DNA of 59,332 bases from contig JAYSTF010000131.1 of the NCBI GenBank assembly GCA_043720065.1, forward strand, positions 1-59,332, in the 5' to 3' direction. Below, piece after piece: positions 8,010-17,729 of the stretch (position 1 is the first letter of the stretch; every line of letters starts with the position of its first letter). The stretch comes from Pseudobdellovibrionaceae bacterium (GTDB lineage: Bacteria; Bdellovibrionota; Bdellovibrionia; Bdellovibrionales; UBA1609). A program made the translations under genes and the position numbers. The notes under the pieces were generated by a model. The model did no database searches. It was given only the letters and a program-made list of their open reading frames with translations, and had not been told where the DNA came from.

Positions 8010-9383
8010 CTAACCCACGGCTTCAATATCAATCGACGATTTCACTGAAACCTGATCGGCAGACATTTCAATCACTCTTGGAATCGCACTTAAGTCAAAG
8101 AGCAGCTGATTGAGCCTGTGAACAGCCATTCTTAGGCGATGCAGATGCTCCGGCGAAAAATCGGCCTGCCATAGGTGTCTGATAAGGCTATCGACGTCCA
8201 TGCGTTTTTGGGCGGAAATCAGATTGAATACTGCGCAGAGAGTTCGCTTTTTACTTAGGTCCAACATCTTGCCTTGGAACTTCACCCAGCGCTGTTCCGG
8301 ATGAAACTTTAAGCTCATCTGATCAGCGAAGACTTTGGCTTGTACGCGCTTCATCCAGAAAAATCGCGAAGTCGGTGAAAGTGTACTAAGTAAAACGGAG
8401 AGCTTGTTGGCCAGCTCCTCTCGGCAGCGTTCCTCTGTTGTCATTTGGTGATGAAGCGTAATTAGCCTAAGGTAACAAGCCCAGGACATTTCCGCCGCCG
8501 CCATTTGCAAGCGCTCTAGATTCGAGGCGGCCGTTTGATTGGAATCGAGCATCACACCGATCTCGCGTTCGAAAGCGTCGCCATCCACGAGAAGATCCAG
8601 GGCGGCCTGCCGAATTTCTGGTAACAGCACCTGCCCACGGATCAGACTCTCGGCAACGAAGTCTGCAATGAGAAGCCGCTTATCGGGGAGACTGGTTTTT
8701 GAATTCTGCAGGAGTCTTGAAACGCGAGCCCAAGCGCTTTGGGGCCCAACCAGATCAATCTCGGCAAGCATCAATGTGTGTTCGCGCTCAATCAATAGGT
8801 CAAATGACATATCGGGCGCTGCAAGCACCAATAGCTCGCGATAAAGGTGACCGAGCTTCGCTCCCCGCGAGTACAGGGATTCAATTCTCAAAAGCTGAAT
8901 GAGAGTTAAGTGACGTAAAGGCGAATGCTGGAGCCGCGAGGCTCGTTCGAACGCCGCTTGGTAGCTTTGCGCTGCTTCAGCGATGGCCCCATCTTCTTCG
9001 CGAAACTTCGCTAGCGTCACAGTCGTTTGAATCCAAGTCGTTTCGCTTAAATTTCCCTCTAGGCGGGCCATACGCTCTGAAAGTTCGGAGAGCGTGTTAC
9101 GCCACTGATGGATTTCGCCGGTCTGGTAATAGACGCAAGCCAAGTCTCTTAAAACCGCGACGTTTTCGCCGCAATGTCGTTCGGCGGTGAGAAGTGCTGT
9201 TTTCGCGTTTTCCAAGTCCCCCATATAAATAGAAACTTGGGCGCGCTGGTGTAACATAATTCTTCTCTCGACGAGGGTATCTCCCTCAATAGAATCGAGC
9301 ACATCAAGCGCGGCTTGGTATTCGCCGTTAAGAAGGAACGCGTCGACTTTTTTTGCCCAAGCGGGAACTACAACTGAACCCAT
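8010..9383 (-). CDS. TPR-like helical protein with C-terminal winged-helix domain (putative regulator)
   Basis: Helical repeats; C-terminal LIRHLW...RLRMAVHRLN resembles an OmpR-type wHTH. Confidence 0.55.
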   Translation of the reverse strand: MGSVVVPAWAKKVDAFLLNGEYQAALDVLDSIEGDTLVERRIMLHQRAQVSIYMGDLENAKTALLTAERHCGENVAVLRDLACVYYQTGEIHQWRNTLSELSERMARLEGNLSETTWIQTTVTLAKFREEDGAIAEAAQSYQAAFERASRLQHSPLRHLTLIQLLRIESLYSRGAKLGHLYRELLVLAAPDMSFDLLIEREHTLMLAEIDLVGPQSAWARVSRLLQNSKTSLPDKRLLIADFVAESLIRGQVLLPEIRQAALDLLVDGDAFEREIGVMLDSNQTAASNLERLQMAAAEMSWACYLRLITLHHQMTTEERCREELANKLSVLLSTLSPTSRFFWMKRVQAKVFADQMSLKFHPEQRWVKFQGKMLDLSKKRTLCAVFNLISAQKRMDVDSLIRHLWQADFSPEHLHRLRMAVHRLNQLLFDLSAIPRVIEMSADQVSVKSSIDIEAVG

Positions 9384-10705
9384 TACTGCGTCCCTCCGGT
9401 GCGGATACGGGGACGGGGGCCTGAAGAAATTCCAGAATTTGCATCAGTCAAAACTGGAATTGTTAAAAAACTCAGCAAATCCATTTTGGAATTAATGTAG
9501 GAGAGTTCCACCCTACTCGAGGCCAAAAGTTTTAGATCGCTGGGCAATAAACTAGAAATCATTACTTTCGCCGTAGCGCCGTCTTCAGCAATGTCTTCCG
9601 CGCTGCGAACTTTGGTGAAGTGTTCAAAAAACATCCCGCCACGGTTTGCCGTTTGAATATATTTAACAGGAATGATCTCCAGGACCCTATAGAGCAGCTC
9701 ATCAAGTCCAGTGTGGTCTAGGAGTGCAGTCGCTCGCTCTTGCTCGAGCCGGCGCACGCGGTAATGGGGAGCGAAGGCCAGAAGCGGCCGATAGAGCGAG
9801 GAGAGCCAGCTGCGTTGCTCGAGAATATAATTTTTAAGGCACTCATTCCCACAGTTCAGCCGCAGGAATGGGTAATCCGCGACCGGATAATAAATCGGGT
9901 CGGGGCCAAGCTTGCCTTGTGCGCCCAACTCGCGAATCATCTGGCGCTCCACTTTATATGCACGAATAAACGCCAACACGGTGGCGATCGCCGGATTTAG
10001 CGCCGCCGATTGCACTCCATGCAGGTCGGGGCCAAGGATTCGCGTTGATTCCAACTCCCGCACTCTGTGCCAGTCCGGTCCCCATGGCCAAGCTTTGCCA
10101 TCAAAGTAGATTGCCATCTCATGCGCGATCGCCTGGGATAAATAAAGCAAGTTTAAATCCGACCGTTCCGAGGAGTGATGCAGAAAAAGCGTCGTCACGT
10201 TGGAGAAAGCTTCAGTCCAAGAATCGATCGCCACATCAGGACGATTGGTAACGACAATCACGTAGCGTCGCTTAGGCGTGCCATTTAGACCCATTAAGCG
10301 GGAGGAGTCTTGGTTGGCATCGTGCACGGCGGGGGAGGTGACTTTGGCGCGCGAGGCCTGTGAGCATTCCATTGCCGAAGCGTCGGCGGCCACGCCGCTA
10401 ATTCCAAGATGACGTGCTATTAGCGCGGGATCACCATTTAGCAGGTCGCGGCAAATAGAAGTTCCAATCGCTGTGGTGAGCAGTCGCAGCGTCACACCGT
10501 CAATCAAACTTTGAAGGTTGGAATCTTCGTAGACCGGAAACACGCGGTATGTAAAACCGTCTGGATCGTCGAGGGTTTGCGGACTTGCACCGTAAAGCAA
10601 AGTCATCGCGGCTTGCTCGGATCGGGAACGAGAGACTTGAGATTGCGCAAATCCGTTTAAGGAGATTGTGCCAAGAAGCCATACAACTATTAGATATCGA
10701 GCCAT
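9383..10705 (-). CDS. Secreted hypothetical protein
   Basis: Signal peptide ending NGFA-Q; AIAHEMAIY motif; stop overlaps next start. Confidence 0.7.
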   Translation of the reverse strand: MARYLIVVWLLGTISLNGFAQSQVSRSRSEQAAMTLLYGASPQTLDDPDGFTYRVFPVYEDSNLQSLIDGVTLRLLTTAIGTSICRDLLNGDPALIARHLGISGVAADASAMECSQASRAKVTSPAVHDANQDSSRLMGLNGTPKRRYVIVVTNRPDVAIDSWTEAFSNVTTLFLHHSSERSDLNLLYLSQAIAHEMAIYFDGKAWPWGPDWHRVRELESTRILGPDLHGVQSAALNPAIATVLAFIRAYKVERQMIRELGAQGKLGPDPIYYPVADYPFLRLNCGNECLKNYILEQRSWLSSLYRPLLAFAPHYRVRRLEQERATALLDHTGLDELLYRVLEIIPVKYIQTANRGGMFFEHFTKVRSAEDIAEDGATAKVMISSLLPSDLKLLASSRVELSYINSKMDLLSFLTIPVLTDANSGISSGPRPRIRTGGTQ

Positions 10706-10813
10706 CGGGGCAATTTGGCGCTGTGGTTAACAAATAGCAAGCGGCGCGGGTCCGCCTAGTAGAGAGGATAGGCATTTTGTGAAAAATTCTTCAGTGGTTG
10801 CCTTCAGATTCGT

Positions 10814-10829
10814 GTGAACATTTGTTCAC
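10814..10829. promoter_or_regulatory. Palindromic operator GTGAACA-TT-TGTTCAC
   Basis: Perfect 7-bp arms in divergent intergenic region. Confidence 0.45.
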
Positions 10830-10869
10830 CTTTGTGGATATCGACATTGAATCGTGTCTGTTAGCTTCT

Positions 10870-10998
10870 TTCTAACCTTTTGGTCTTCCTTTCTTGTTTT
10901 ACAAGAGTCGGCTCTAAAAGAGAGCCTCGAGGGGGGATGCAGGGAACTGCACCGATTCTTGTTAAACCCTCTCTCCTCACGGAGAGAGGGTTTTTTTT
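10870..10998 (+). ncRNA. Candidate multibranch structured RNA ending in an intrinsic terminator
   Basis: Closing stem 10901-10911/10952-10962 enclosing two hairpins; terminator follows. Confidence 0.4.
10964..10998 (+). terminator. Rho-independent terminator
   Basis: AAACCCTCTCTCC-TCAC-GGAGAGAGGGTTT plus T-run. Confidence 0.85.
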
Positions 10999-11089
10999 AA
11001 GGCGAATACCTGTGGCGACCAAAACCGGCACTTAGCCCAAAAACGCTTCATTGAACCTAACTAAACCATTGAAATTACGATAAAACTTA

Positions 11090-11105
11090 AGGCTTTGTAA
11101 TTGCA
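11090..11105 (+). promoter_or_regulatory. Putative sigma54 promoter
   Basis: AGG-CTTTGTAATT-GCA (GG-N10-GC) just upstream of ATG 11121. Confidence 0.45.
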
Positions 11106-11120
11106 ACACTGTCTCGAGCT

Positions 11121-12815
11121 ATGAAGCAAAAACTAGGTCTGCTTCTCATGTTGAACGTTTTCTGGGTGGGTATAGGTTGCGATCCAGCAAATAAACCAAG
11201 CCAGCGCCAAACTGAATTTTCCGATTCGGGCTTTCCCATTGGGAAAGTCGCAGCGGAGGAGTCGAAGCCGCTCATTTCCGGGCGCAAAAATTATGAAGAC
11301 ATAGTACCAGCTGCAGAAATTCCCTACCAAGAGCATCATGCTCCTACCGTCGAGCCTAAACCGAAAGAACCGTTTCAGATCGCCAATCCCAAATTAGTGA
11401 TCGATGTCGATAAGGCGGAAGTCGACTTTCAGGTAGAGATTGTCACGGACAAGGGCCGTGAATCCGTACATTTAAAAGGGCCGTTTAATAAATCGGAAGC
11501 GCCATGGGTGGCGCACCTCTATGCGGTCGACCAGAAGATTTTAGAAGAGCGAAGAGTGAGCGCGAGTGTCGTCTGTGTGACTGCTTACTACTGCGACAGC
11601 ATAGGAATCAAAATTCATTACACAGTTGATGGCAAGCCGACCTCCATTTACCGCGAATCCGGCGTTGAGGGTCCACGAATGGCTATGAGCGGTGATGACG
11701 ATGAGGCTAAAGCTGAAGTTGCAGAGGGCGTGAAAGGCCAAACGGTCAAGCCGGCGTTTGAAGTTGACGAAACCACTGGCACCGCGAAGCCAGTCGAAGC
11801 ACCTGATGTCAGACCGCGCCCAACATCTCCTGAATTGCCTAAGGTCGTCGAGCAACCCGAAGCAGCTAAGCAGCCTAAAGTTACTAAGCAGCCCGAACCC
11901 GCAGCTCCGGTCGAGGCCCGAGTGCCACCTCAGCGTAATGCGGCCATGCCACCTAAAAAGCGACCTGCACCAGTTAGGTTAGAAGACATCGATCCAGAGG
12001 AGAGAAAAAAACTTCTTATTGGAGTCACGACGGAAATCTATGTTCCCAATCCGCCGAAGGACGACAAGTTCCGTGTACGTGGCATTGCCGAAGAGCCACC
12101 AACACCGGTGAGCGAGTTTCAAGCCCATGGTCATCACCGCGGTGGGTTCCTAAAGAAGTCGACCTTTATTCCCCCTGAGTCAGAGGGTTTTGTGAGGGCC
12201 GCAAAGTTGTTGAACAAAAGCATTGCTCCGGAAAAAGATAGCAGTGGAGCTTTCACTACAAAATATGGTCTGGACTACCTAAATGAAGTCTCGCGGGAAT
12301 TGATTAAAAAATATCCCGGCGAGCAAATAATTATTGGAGCAGTTTCAAGCCAACACGGTGGCCATCGTTCCGGGCATAGCAGTCATCAAATCGGGCTCGA
12401 TTTCGATATCTATTTTCTCTCGAAAAGCGGCAAGCAAGTTTCCTACGACGCAATTCTCAGCGAGGGCGGGTCATTTGTTCCCGAATGGGATGTCGCGAAG
12501 AACTATGATTTAATGAAGACACTGGTCGCGCTTCGGCCTGATCAGGTCATTGTCGCCTTCCTGCATAACCGACTGACTCAGGCACTTTGCGATCACGCGA
12601 AGAAATCCGGCGAGCCCGTCAATGAACCAGGCTCGCCTGCGTTTGAACTCTTTCGCCGTTTGCGGCCTGAGACGCGCGTCGATAGAGAAACTAAGAGGGT
12701 CTACTTTCCCTTTACCCATCATGACCATGTTCATGTGCGTTTAAAGTGCAACCCGAATGATCGATTCTGTCGCTACGAAAAGCTCGGTTTGCCAGCCCAG
12801 GGCAACTGCCGCTAG
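11121..12815 (+). CDS. Lipoprotein with Pro-rich linker and C-terminal MepA-like (M74) penicillin-insensitive murein endopeptidase
   Basis: Lipobox-like GIGC; GHSSHQIGLDFDI and HHDHVHVRL motifs. Confidence 0.8.
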   Translation: MKQKLGLLLMLNVFWVGIGCDPANKPSQRQTEFSDSGFPIGKVAAEESKPLISGRKNYEDIVPAAEIPYQEHHAPTVEPKPKEPFQIANPKLVIDVDKAEVDFQVEIVTDKGRESVHLKGPFNKSEAPWVAHLYAVDQKILEERRVSASVVCVTAYYCDSIGIKIHYTVDGKPTSIYRESGVEGPRMAMSGDDDEAKAEVAEGVKGQTVKPAFEVDETTGTAKPVEAPDVRPRPTSPELPKVVEQPEAAKQPKVTKQPEPAAPVEARVPPQRNAAMPPKKRPAPVRLEDIDPEERKKLLIGVTTEIYVPNPPKDDKFRVRGIAEEPPTPVSEFQAHGHHRGGFLKKSTFIPPESEGFVRAAKLLNKSIAPEKDSSGAFTTKYGLDYLNEVSRELIKKYPGEQIIIGAVSSQHGGHRSGHSSHQIGLDFDIYFLSKSGKQVSYDAILSEGGSFVPEWDVAKNYDLMKTLVALRPDQVIVAFLHNRLTQALCDHAKKSGEPVNEPGSPAFELFRRLRPETRVDRETKRVYFPFTHHDHVHVRLKCNPNDRFCRYEKLGLPAQGNCR

Positions 12816-12856
12816 TTGACTTAAGACCCCTCCAGCCGTCACCCTTAAGGGACGCT

Positions 12857-14074
12857 ATGCGAAGTCAACGAGGTCCTGGTTTTAACCTCATCTTAAAGAT
12901 TGATAGGTCCGCCACGAGCGGGTGGTTATGGACTTCCGTAATAGGCATTTTGGTCGCACTAGCGATTGGGAAAGGCGCCTCCATTTACGGCGGGGGATTC
13001 GTTTACAAGGTGGCGGGTTTTTTCGCATTCCTTATCATCACGTTTCTCTGCGGCATCCTGTTCACTTACATCGCCCGCCTGCATTTCACGGATAAGAATC
13101 GACTCGAGTTAAACGAAGACGGGCTCTACGATTTTGCGTCGTATTGCTACATTGGTTTTGTGCCCATGAAAGCGATTGATAAAATTCGATTCGCTAAGCT
13201 TGGCGTGAATTTCCTGGTGGTTGAATTCTTCGTTGGCCAGAATCCGGTCCTCAAGGCGCGGGGATTAACTGTCGAGATATATCGGCTGCTTTTCGGTGAT
13301 CAGCTTTGGGTGCCGCTAAATCTTTTTAAGATGTCGCGCTTTGATCTCGAATCGCAGCTGATTCATTTGGATCATATTTTACGGGAGAAGACCGCAAGCG
13401 GAATCCCAGCTCCAAATGAGATCTATTTATCACCCCCAAAATTAAGTGCTGTCGCGACCGAAAATCAGTCGTCAAAAAAGGGGAGTTTGGCCCAAAGGGC
13501 TTCCTCCAAGGAGCTGGCACCGCCGCCGCTCAACCAAGCCACGGGAGAGAAGGCAAGAGTCCTTCAGCACGTGGGTCGCATCAAGCAAGAGGTGAAAGAG
13601 TCCCGCTTCGACATTCAGGTGGCGCACCTTTACTTCGACCACATTGCAATGTTCCCGGCACTTGCCGCTAACTCCGCCGACCATTTGCCGTCCGGCGTAA
13701 GTCATGTCTCGAGCTTACAAGAAGGCGCCGATTACGAAGAAGTGTCCTTTATGATGAAGGGAAAGCCCTTTATTTTTGGCTTACGGCGAGATATCGGCAA
13801 AAGTGACGAAGCTCTTCTTTCCGTGGGGGTGAGCGGGCGCGTGCATCTCTCTTTACGGGTACGGGTTGAAATCGGGGAATTAACTCCGCTAGAGCTCGAG
13901 AGCTATATAGATGGCGACTGGAAGCAAACCATCGAAGATTTAATGAACGAAATCCTTAAACAGGAAAACAAGCGGCAAAGTCCTTTTAAAGAGGGTAGTG
14001 ACACCGTCATTGGCGAGAAGCCAACGGGTACGAACCTGGAAGACCTTAAGAACCGCTTTGGAATTAAAGAGTAG
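12857..14074 (+). CDS. Membrane hypothetical protein
   Basis: Two N-terminal TM segments, long ORF. Confidence 0.65.
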   Translation: MRSQRGPGFNLILKIDRSATSGWLWTSVIGILVALAIGKGASIYGGGFVYKVAGFFAFLIITFLCGILFTYIARLHFTDKNRLELNEDGLYDFASYCYIGFVPMKAIDKIRFAKLGVNFLVVEFFVGQNPVLKARGLTVEIYRLLFGDQLWVPLNLFKMSRFDLESQLIHLDHILREKTASGIPAPNEIYLSPPKLSAVATENQSSKKGSLAQRASSKELAPPPLNQATGEKARVLQHVGRIKQEVKESRFDIQVAHLYFDHIAMFPALAANSADHLPSGVSHVSSLQEGADYEEVSFMMKGKPFIFGLRRDIGKSDEALLSVGVSGRVHLSLRVRVEIGELTPLELESYIDGDWKQTIEDLMNEILKQENKRQSPFKEGSDTVIGEKPTGTNLEDLKNRFGIKE

Positions 14075-14190
14075 ACCCCTAGGCGCAAGGCGTAAAAACT
14101 TTTCAACTCCCTTGATTTTTGACGCAAAACCGCTAAAAGTCTCGGATTCATTTAACAACGACCTGGCTAACCTCAAGGGTACTGGTAACT

Positions 14191-14496
14191 ATGGCTAAAT
14201 TGAGTTCAATCATTAAAAACGATCGTCGCCGCGTGCTTGCAAAAAAATATGGTCCCCTTCGTGCGGAACTTCGCGCTAAAGCGATTAATATGAAGCTTTC
14301 TGACGAAGACCGTCAGGCGGCTCGATTGAAGTTACAAAAAATGCCGAGAGACACGTCTCCTTCACGCGTTCGCAGTCGTTGCAAGTTGTCTGGCCGCCCC
14401 CGTGGTAACCTTCGTAAATTCGGACTTAGCCGCATGGCTTTCCGCGCGATGGCTCATCGCGGACTTGTTCCGGGTGTCACAAAGGCCAGCTGGTAA
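14191..14496 (+). CDS. rpsN: 30S ribosomal protein S14, long zinc-independent form
   Basis: 101 aa; [33 protein letters not shown]. Confidence 0.97.
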   Translation: MAKLSSIIKNDRRRVLAKKYGPLRAELRAKAINMKLSDEDRQAARLKLQKMPRDTSPSRVRSRCKLSGRPRGNLRKFGLSRMAFRAMAHRGLVPGVTKASW

Positions 14497-14515
14497 TTAA
14501 ATTTTAGATAAGTTT

Positions 14516-15985
14516 ATGACGGTAGCCCGCGCGCTCATACCAGTAGTTCTCATTGCCGGGTTGACAGGTTGCTCCTCCTCTCCAAAAGCACTTAAAAAAA
14601 TTGAAAATCATCTTCGCGTGCTCGAGCGGGGCGACGAGCTCGACCGTTCAAACGTTGAAACGCTCTGCCTAAATGGCACGACCACGGCTTGCGCTCTTTT
14701 AGGTCGGCCAGCCGGTCTCACGCAACAGCTTGCGACAGTTCAAGGTTACACGGATTCTTCCTCTACGATGATTGCCGTGACTGCTCCATCTGAAGCGCAA
14801 TTGCTTTTCGCGGTAGTAAAGATCGGGAAGCCGGAAAACGAGAGTCAGCCTGGGACATTAAAAGTCTTGCGCGCCGCTAAGACTTACCAAAGAGATTTTT
14901 CAAAATGGCGAGTCGATCATTTGACGGTCGATGGGCTCGACGTGAAATCAAAATACGAGATCTGGATGATCGGGCCCGACGGGATGCTTTGGGATCGCCG
15001 CGAGTTTCAGGCACTCAACACGCTAAATGTCGCACCTAAAATCGCCGTGGCTTCCTGTCTCGACGACGGCTTCCGGCAAGAAGAAGGGGTGGCTTGGGAG
15101 AAGGTGAAAACCAGATCCCCGGACGTTTTGTTTTTGATCGGGGATAACGTTTATACGGATAAATACTTAAGCCTTGAGGCGAAGGACAAAGGGGCAGATC
15201 CCCAAATCCTCTGGAATCGTAACGTTGAAACTAGAAATCTCTTGGCCGTGTTTAGGTGGTCACGTCTTGTGCCCGTGTTTGCCACATGGGACGATCATGA
15301 CTTCGGTAAAAACGATGGCGATAGCAGTTATGCAAACAAGCAGGCGAGCAAGGAAGTGTTTGAGGTCTTCTTTCCCCGCCCCGACAAAACCCCGGTCTTT
15401 GAAAAGGGTCCCGGAGTGGCATCGAGGCTCCTAGCATTTGGTGGACAGTTTATCTTTTTCGACGATCGTTCATTTAGGACTCCGAATCGGCAAGACACCG
15501 ACGACCAAAGTCATTTCGGCAAAGCGCAAGAGGATTGGGCGCTCAATGCAGCTGCGGCTGAAAAAGTACCGGTTTGGTTTATAAGTGGCGATCAGTTCTT
15601 TGGTGCCTATCATTCCTTTGAGTCTTTCGAGGGCAATCACGCGAAAAATTTTGCCGCGTTCAAATCCCGTTTAAAACAACTTTCCCAGCCATTCGTATTT
15701 ATCAGCGGCGATCGGCATTTGATTGAATTGATGCAAATTTCAAACAAAGAGGTTGGCATCAGCACGTTTGAACTAACGACTTCCGCTCTCCACGCGAGAA
15801 CTTTTCCTCAGAACATGGATTTAAACCCAAATTCGCGACGTGTGCAGGGAGCGGCTGGGCCGTACAATTTCATGGAGATCGAGCCGATATTTGGATCTCA
15901 GGAGCTAAAGCTTCACATTAAAGGTTGGGGCGTTGAGGAAGGTCTTCTTTTCGAGAAGGCTTTGAAAATTCAAAGGCGGAAGTGA
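14516..15985 (+). CDS. phoD: PhoD-family alkaline phosphatase lipoprotein
   Basis: Lipobox LTGC; ASC, GDNVY, WDDHDF, D.RSFR, SGDRH. Confidence 0.85.
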   Translation: MTVARALIPVVLIAGLTGCSSSPKALKKIENHLRVLERGDELDRSNVETLCLNGTTTACALLGRPAGLTQQLATVQGYTDSSSTMIAVTAPSEAQLLFAVVKIGKPENESQPGTLKVLRAAKTYQRDFSKWRVDHLTVDGLDVKSKYEIWMIGPDGMLWDRREFQALNTLNVAPKIAVASCLDDGFRQEEGVAWEKVKTRSPDVLFLIGDNVYTDKYLSLEAKDKGADPQILWNRNVETRNLLAVFRWSRLVPVFATWDDHDFGKNDGDSSYANKQASKEVFEVFFPRPDKTPVFEKGPGVASRLLAFGGQFIFFDDRSFRTPNRQDTDDQSHFGKAQEDWALNAAAAEKVPVWFISGDQFFGAYHSFESFEGNHAKNFAAFKSRLKQLSQPFVFISGDRHLIELMQISNKEVGISTFELTTSALHARTFPQNMDLNPNSRRVQGAAGPYNFMEIEPIFGSQELKLHIKGWGVEEGLLFEKALKIQRRK

Positions 15986-16035
15986 TTCCGCCTCGCATTA
16001 GAAAATCTAGGAATAAGAAAACTTGGGCTAAAGAA

Positions 16036-16323
16036 TTAGCGCGCGCGCTTAGAGCCGAGCAATGCGCCCGAGAGGACTTGCTTTTGTTCGTCTAGAATAA
16101 GGCGAATTACCTCGTTAGCATCCATTTTATAGAGCTTTACGAGTGCCTTAAGGTTTTTCAGCGGGGGGCTGCATAACCCACGCTCGAAGTTCGAAATGAA
16201 CTGCGGGCTTGAGTAACCAAGTTTACCGGCGATTTCTGCCTGCGTGAGGCCTGCGTCGACTCGCTTGTCGCGCAAAAATTCGCCAAGATGCTGATGTAGT
16301 GCCGACCGTGAGGTTAGCTTCAT
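16036..16323 (-). CDS. XRE-family HTH regulator
   Basis: GLTQAEIAGKLGYSSPQFISNFERG. Confidence 0.9.
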   Translation of the reverse strand: MKLTSRSALHQHLGEFLRDKRVDAGLTQAEIAGKLGYSSPQFISNFERGLCSPPLKNLKALVKLYKMDANEVIRLILDEQKQVLSGALLGSKRAR

Positions 16324-16539
16324 GTTTTGTCCTCTTTACCTTTGAGTGGAAGTCTTATTACCGCTTTGGAGATACATATCTGTTGGCGGAAGGCATTTCT
16401 ATAAACAGGAGGGGTATTAATCAAGGTATCTTTTCAAATAGTGAACGCCTTAACGTTTTGTTAATCTTAAGTAGGCAGTTGATTGACAGTCGTCCGGTGA
16501 ATCTTTGAAATAGCTTTTTGAAACAATGAAGGGCACCAA

Positions 16540-17106
16540 ATGAAGCTTTTAATTAGCGGAACGAATCGGCCGGGCTCACGGACGCTGAAGATCACCGAAC
16601 TGGTGCATTCATTCTATAAGGCCCTTGGCGATCCTACAGAGATTGTTGACCTAATGAACGTGCCTCTCACGTACAGCCAGACACAAACTTATAAAGGGCC
16701 CTACGAGCCCGGCTTGCAGGCGTACGTTGACAAGGTCGATCAAGCTTCAGGGCTCATCATAGTGTGCCCTGAGTACAACGGGTCGTATCCAGGGGCTCTA
16801 AAATTCTTCATTGATCATTGGACGTTTCCTAAGTCGTTTGAATCTAGGCCCGTCGCCCTTATTGGCTTGGGAGGTCGCTATGGGGGGATGCGGCCAGTGG
16901 ATCATTTGTCCCAAGTCTTCGCTTACCGAAATGCGTTTGTTTTTCCCCAAAGGGTATTTTTGTTTAATATTTGGGACCAGCTCAAAGCAGAATCAATCGG
17001 GGCTGAAAATATTCAACTGTTAAAAGAGCAGGCCGTGGGGTTTGGGAAATTTGTGGCGGCCCTTGAGGCCGCAGGTCTTGATGCCAACTCGAGGTTTAAG
17101 ATTTGA
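16540..17106 (+). CDS. NADPH-dependent FMN reductase
   Basis: SGTNRPGSRT, PEYNGSYPGALKFFID. Confidence 0.9.
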   Translation: MKLLISGTNRPGSRTLKITELVHSFYKALGDPTEIVDLMNVPLTYSQTQTYKGPYEPGLQAYVDKVDQASGLIIVCPEYNGSYPGALKFFIDHWTFPKSFESRPVALIGLGGRYGGMRPVDHLSQVFAYRNAFVFPQRVFLFNIWDQLKAESIGAENIQLLKEQAVGFGKFVAALEAAGLDANSRFKI

Positions 17107-17729
17107 TCCTTATATCCGCATTCGAACCTTTCGATATTGACCCGGAAAATTCAACGGGCCTTACGTTGCGGCAGTTTTTAAAAACCGAGCCCGCGTCCGT
17201 AAGGGGTGTGATTTTGCCCGTATCTTTTGAAAGAGCTTGGCCAGCGCTTAAGCAAGCAATCGACGAACATCGGCCCTCTGCTGTGATCGCCCTGGGTCAG
17301 GCTGATAGCCGGCCTAAAATCACTTTAGAACAAGTAGCTCTTAATTTGATCGACGCCCGTATTTTAGATGTCGACGGCCGCCAGCCGAGGGACGTGGAAA
17401 TTGAGCCCGGGCCCTTGGCACTTAAGTCGACTTTGCCAAACCGCGAAATTCTTAAAGCGCTAATTGCGCGAGGGCTGCCAGTCGAGCTTTCATATACGGC
17501 AGGGACTTATGTTTGTAACGCTATCATGTATTCACTTGTGAACTGGGCGGCTCAAGACGACACGATGGCAGGCTTCATTCATTTTCCTTTGCTGGCGGAT
17601 CAAAGGCTCGGTATAGGTCGCGAGAACGTGCGCCCCCCGCGCTCGTTGAAACTCGAAGATTCTGTGTTAGCGTTAAAGACCATCGCTGCGGAAGTCGAAA
17701 AAAAGGCAGTTGAAAAAAAAGGAAGTTGA
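17103..17729 (+). CDS. pcp: Pyroglutamyl-peptidase I
   Basis: FEPF, LGQA, AGTYVCN, GFIHFP. Confidence 0.9.
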   Translation: MILISAFEPFDIDPENSTGLTLRQFLKTEPASVRGVILPVSFERAWPALKQAIDEHRPSAVIALGQADSRPKITLEQVALNLIDARILDVDGRQPRDVEIEPGPLALKSTLPNREILKALIARGLPVELSYTAGTYVCNAIMYSLVNWAAQDDTMAGFIHFPLLADQRLGIGRENVRPPRSLKLEDSVLALKTIAAEVEKKAVEKKGS

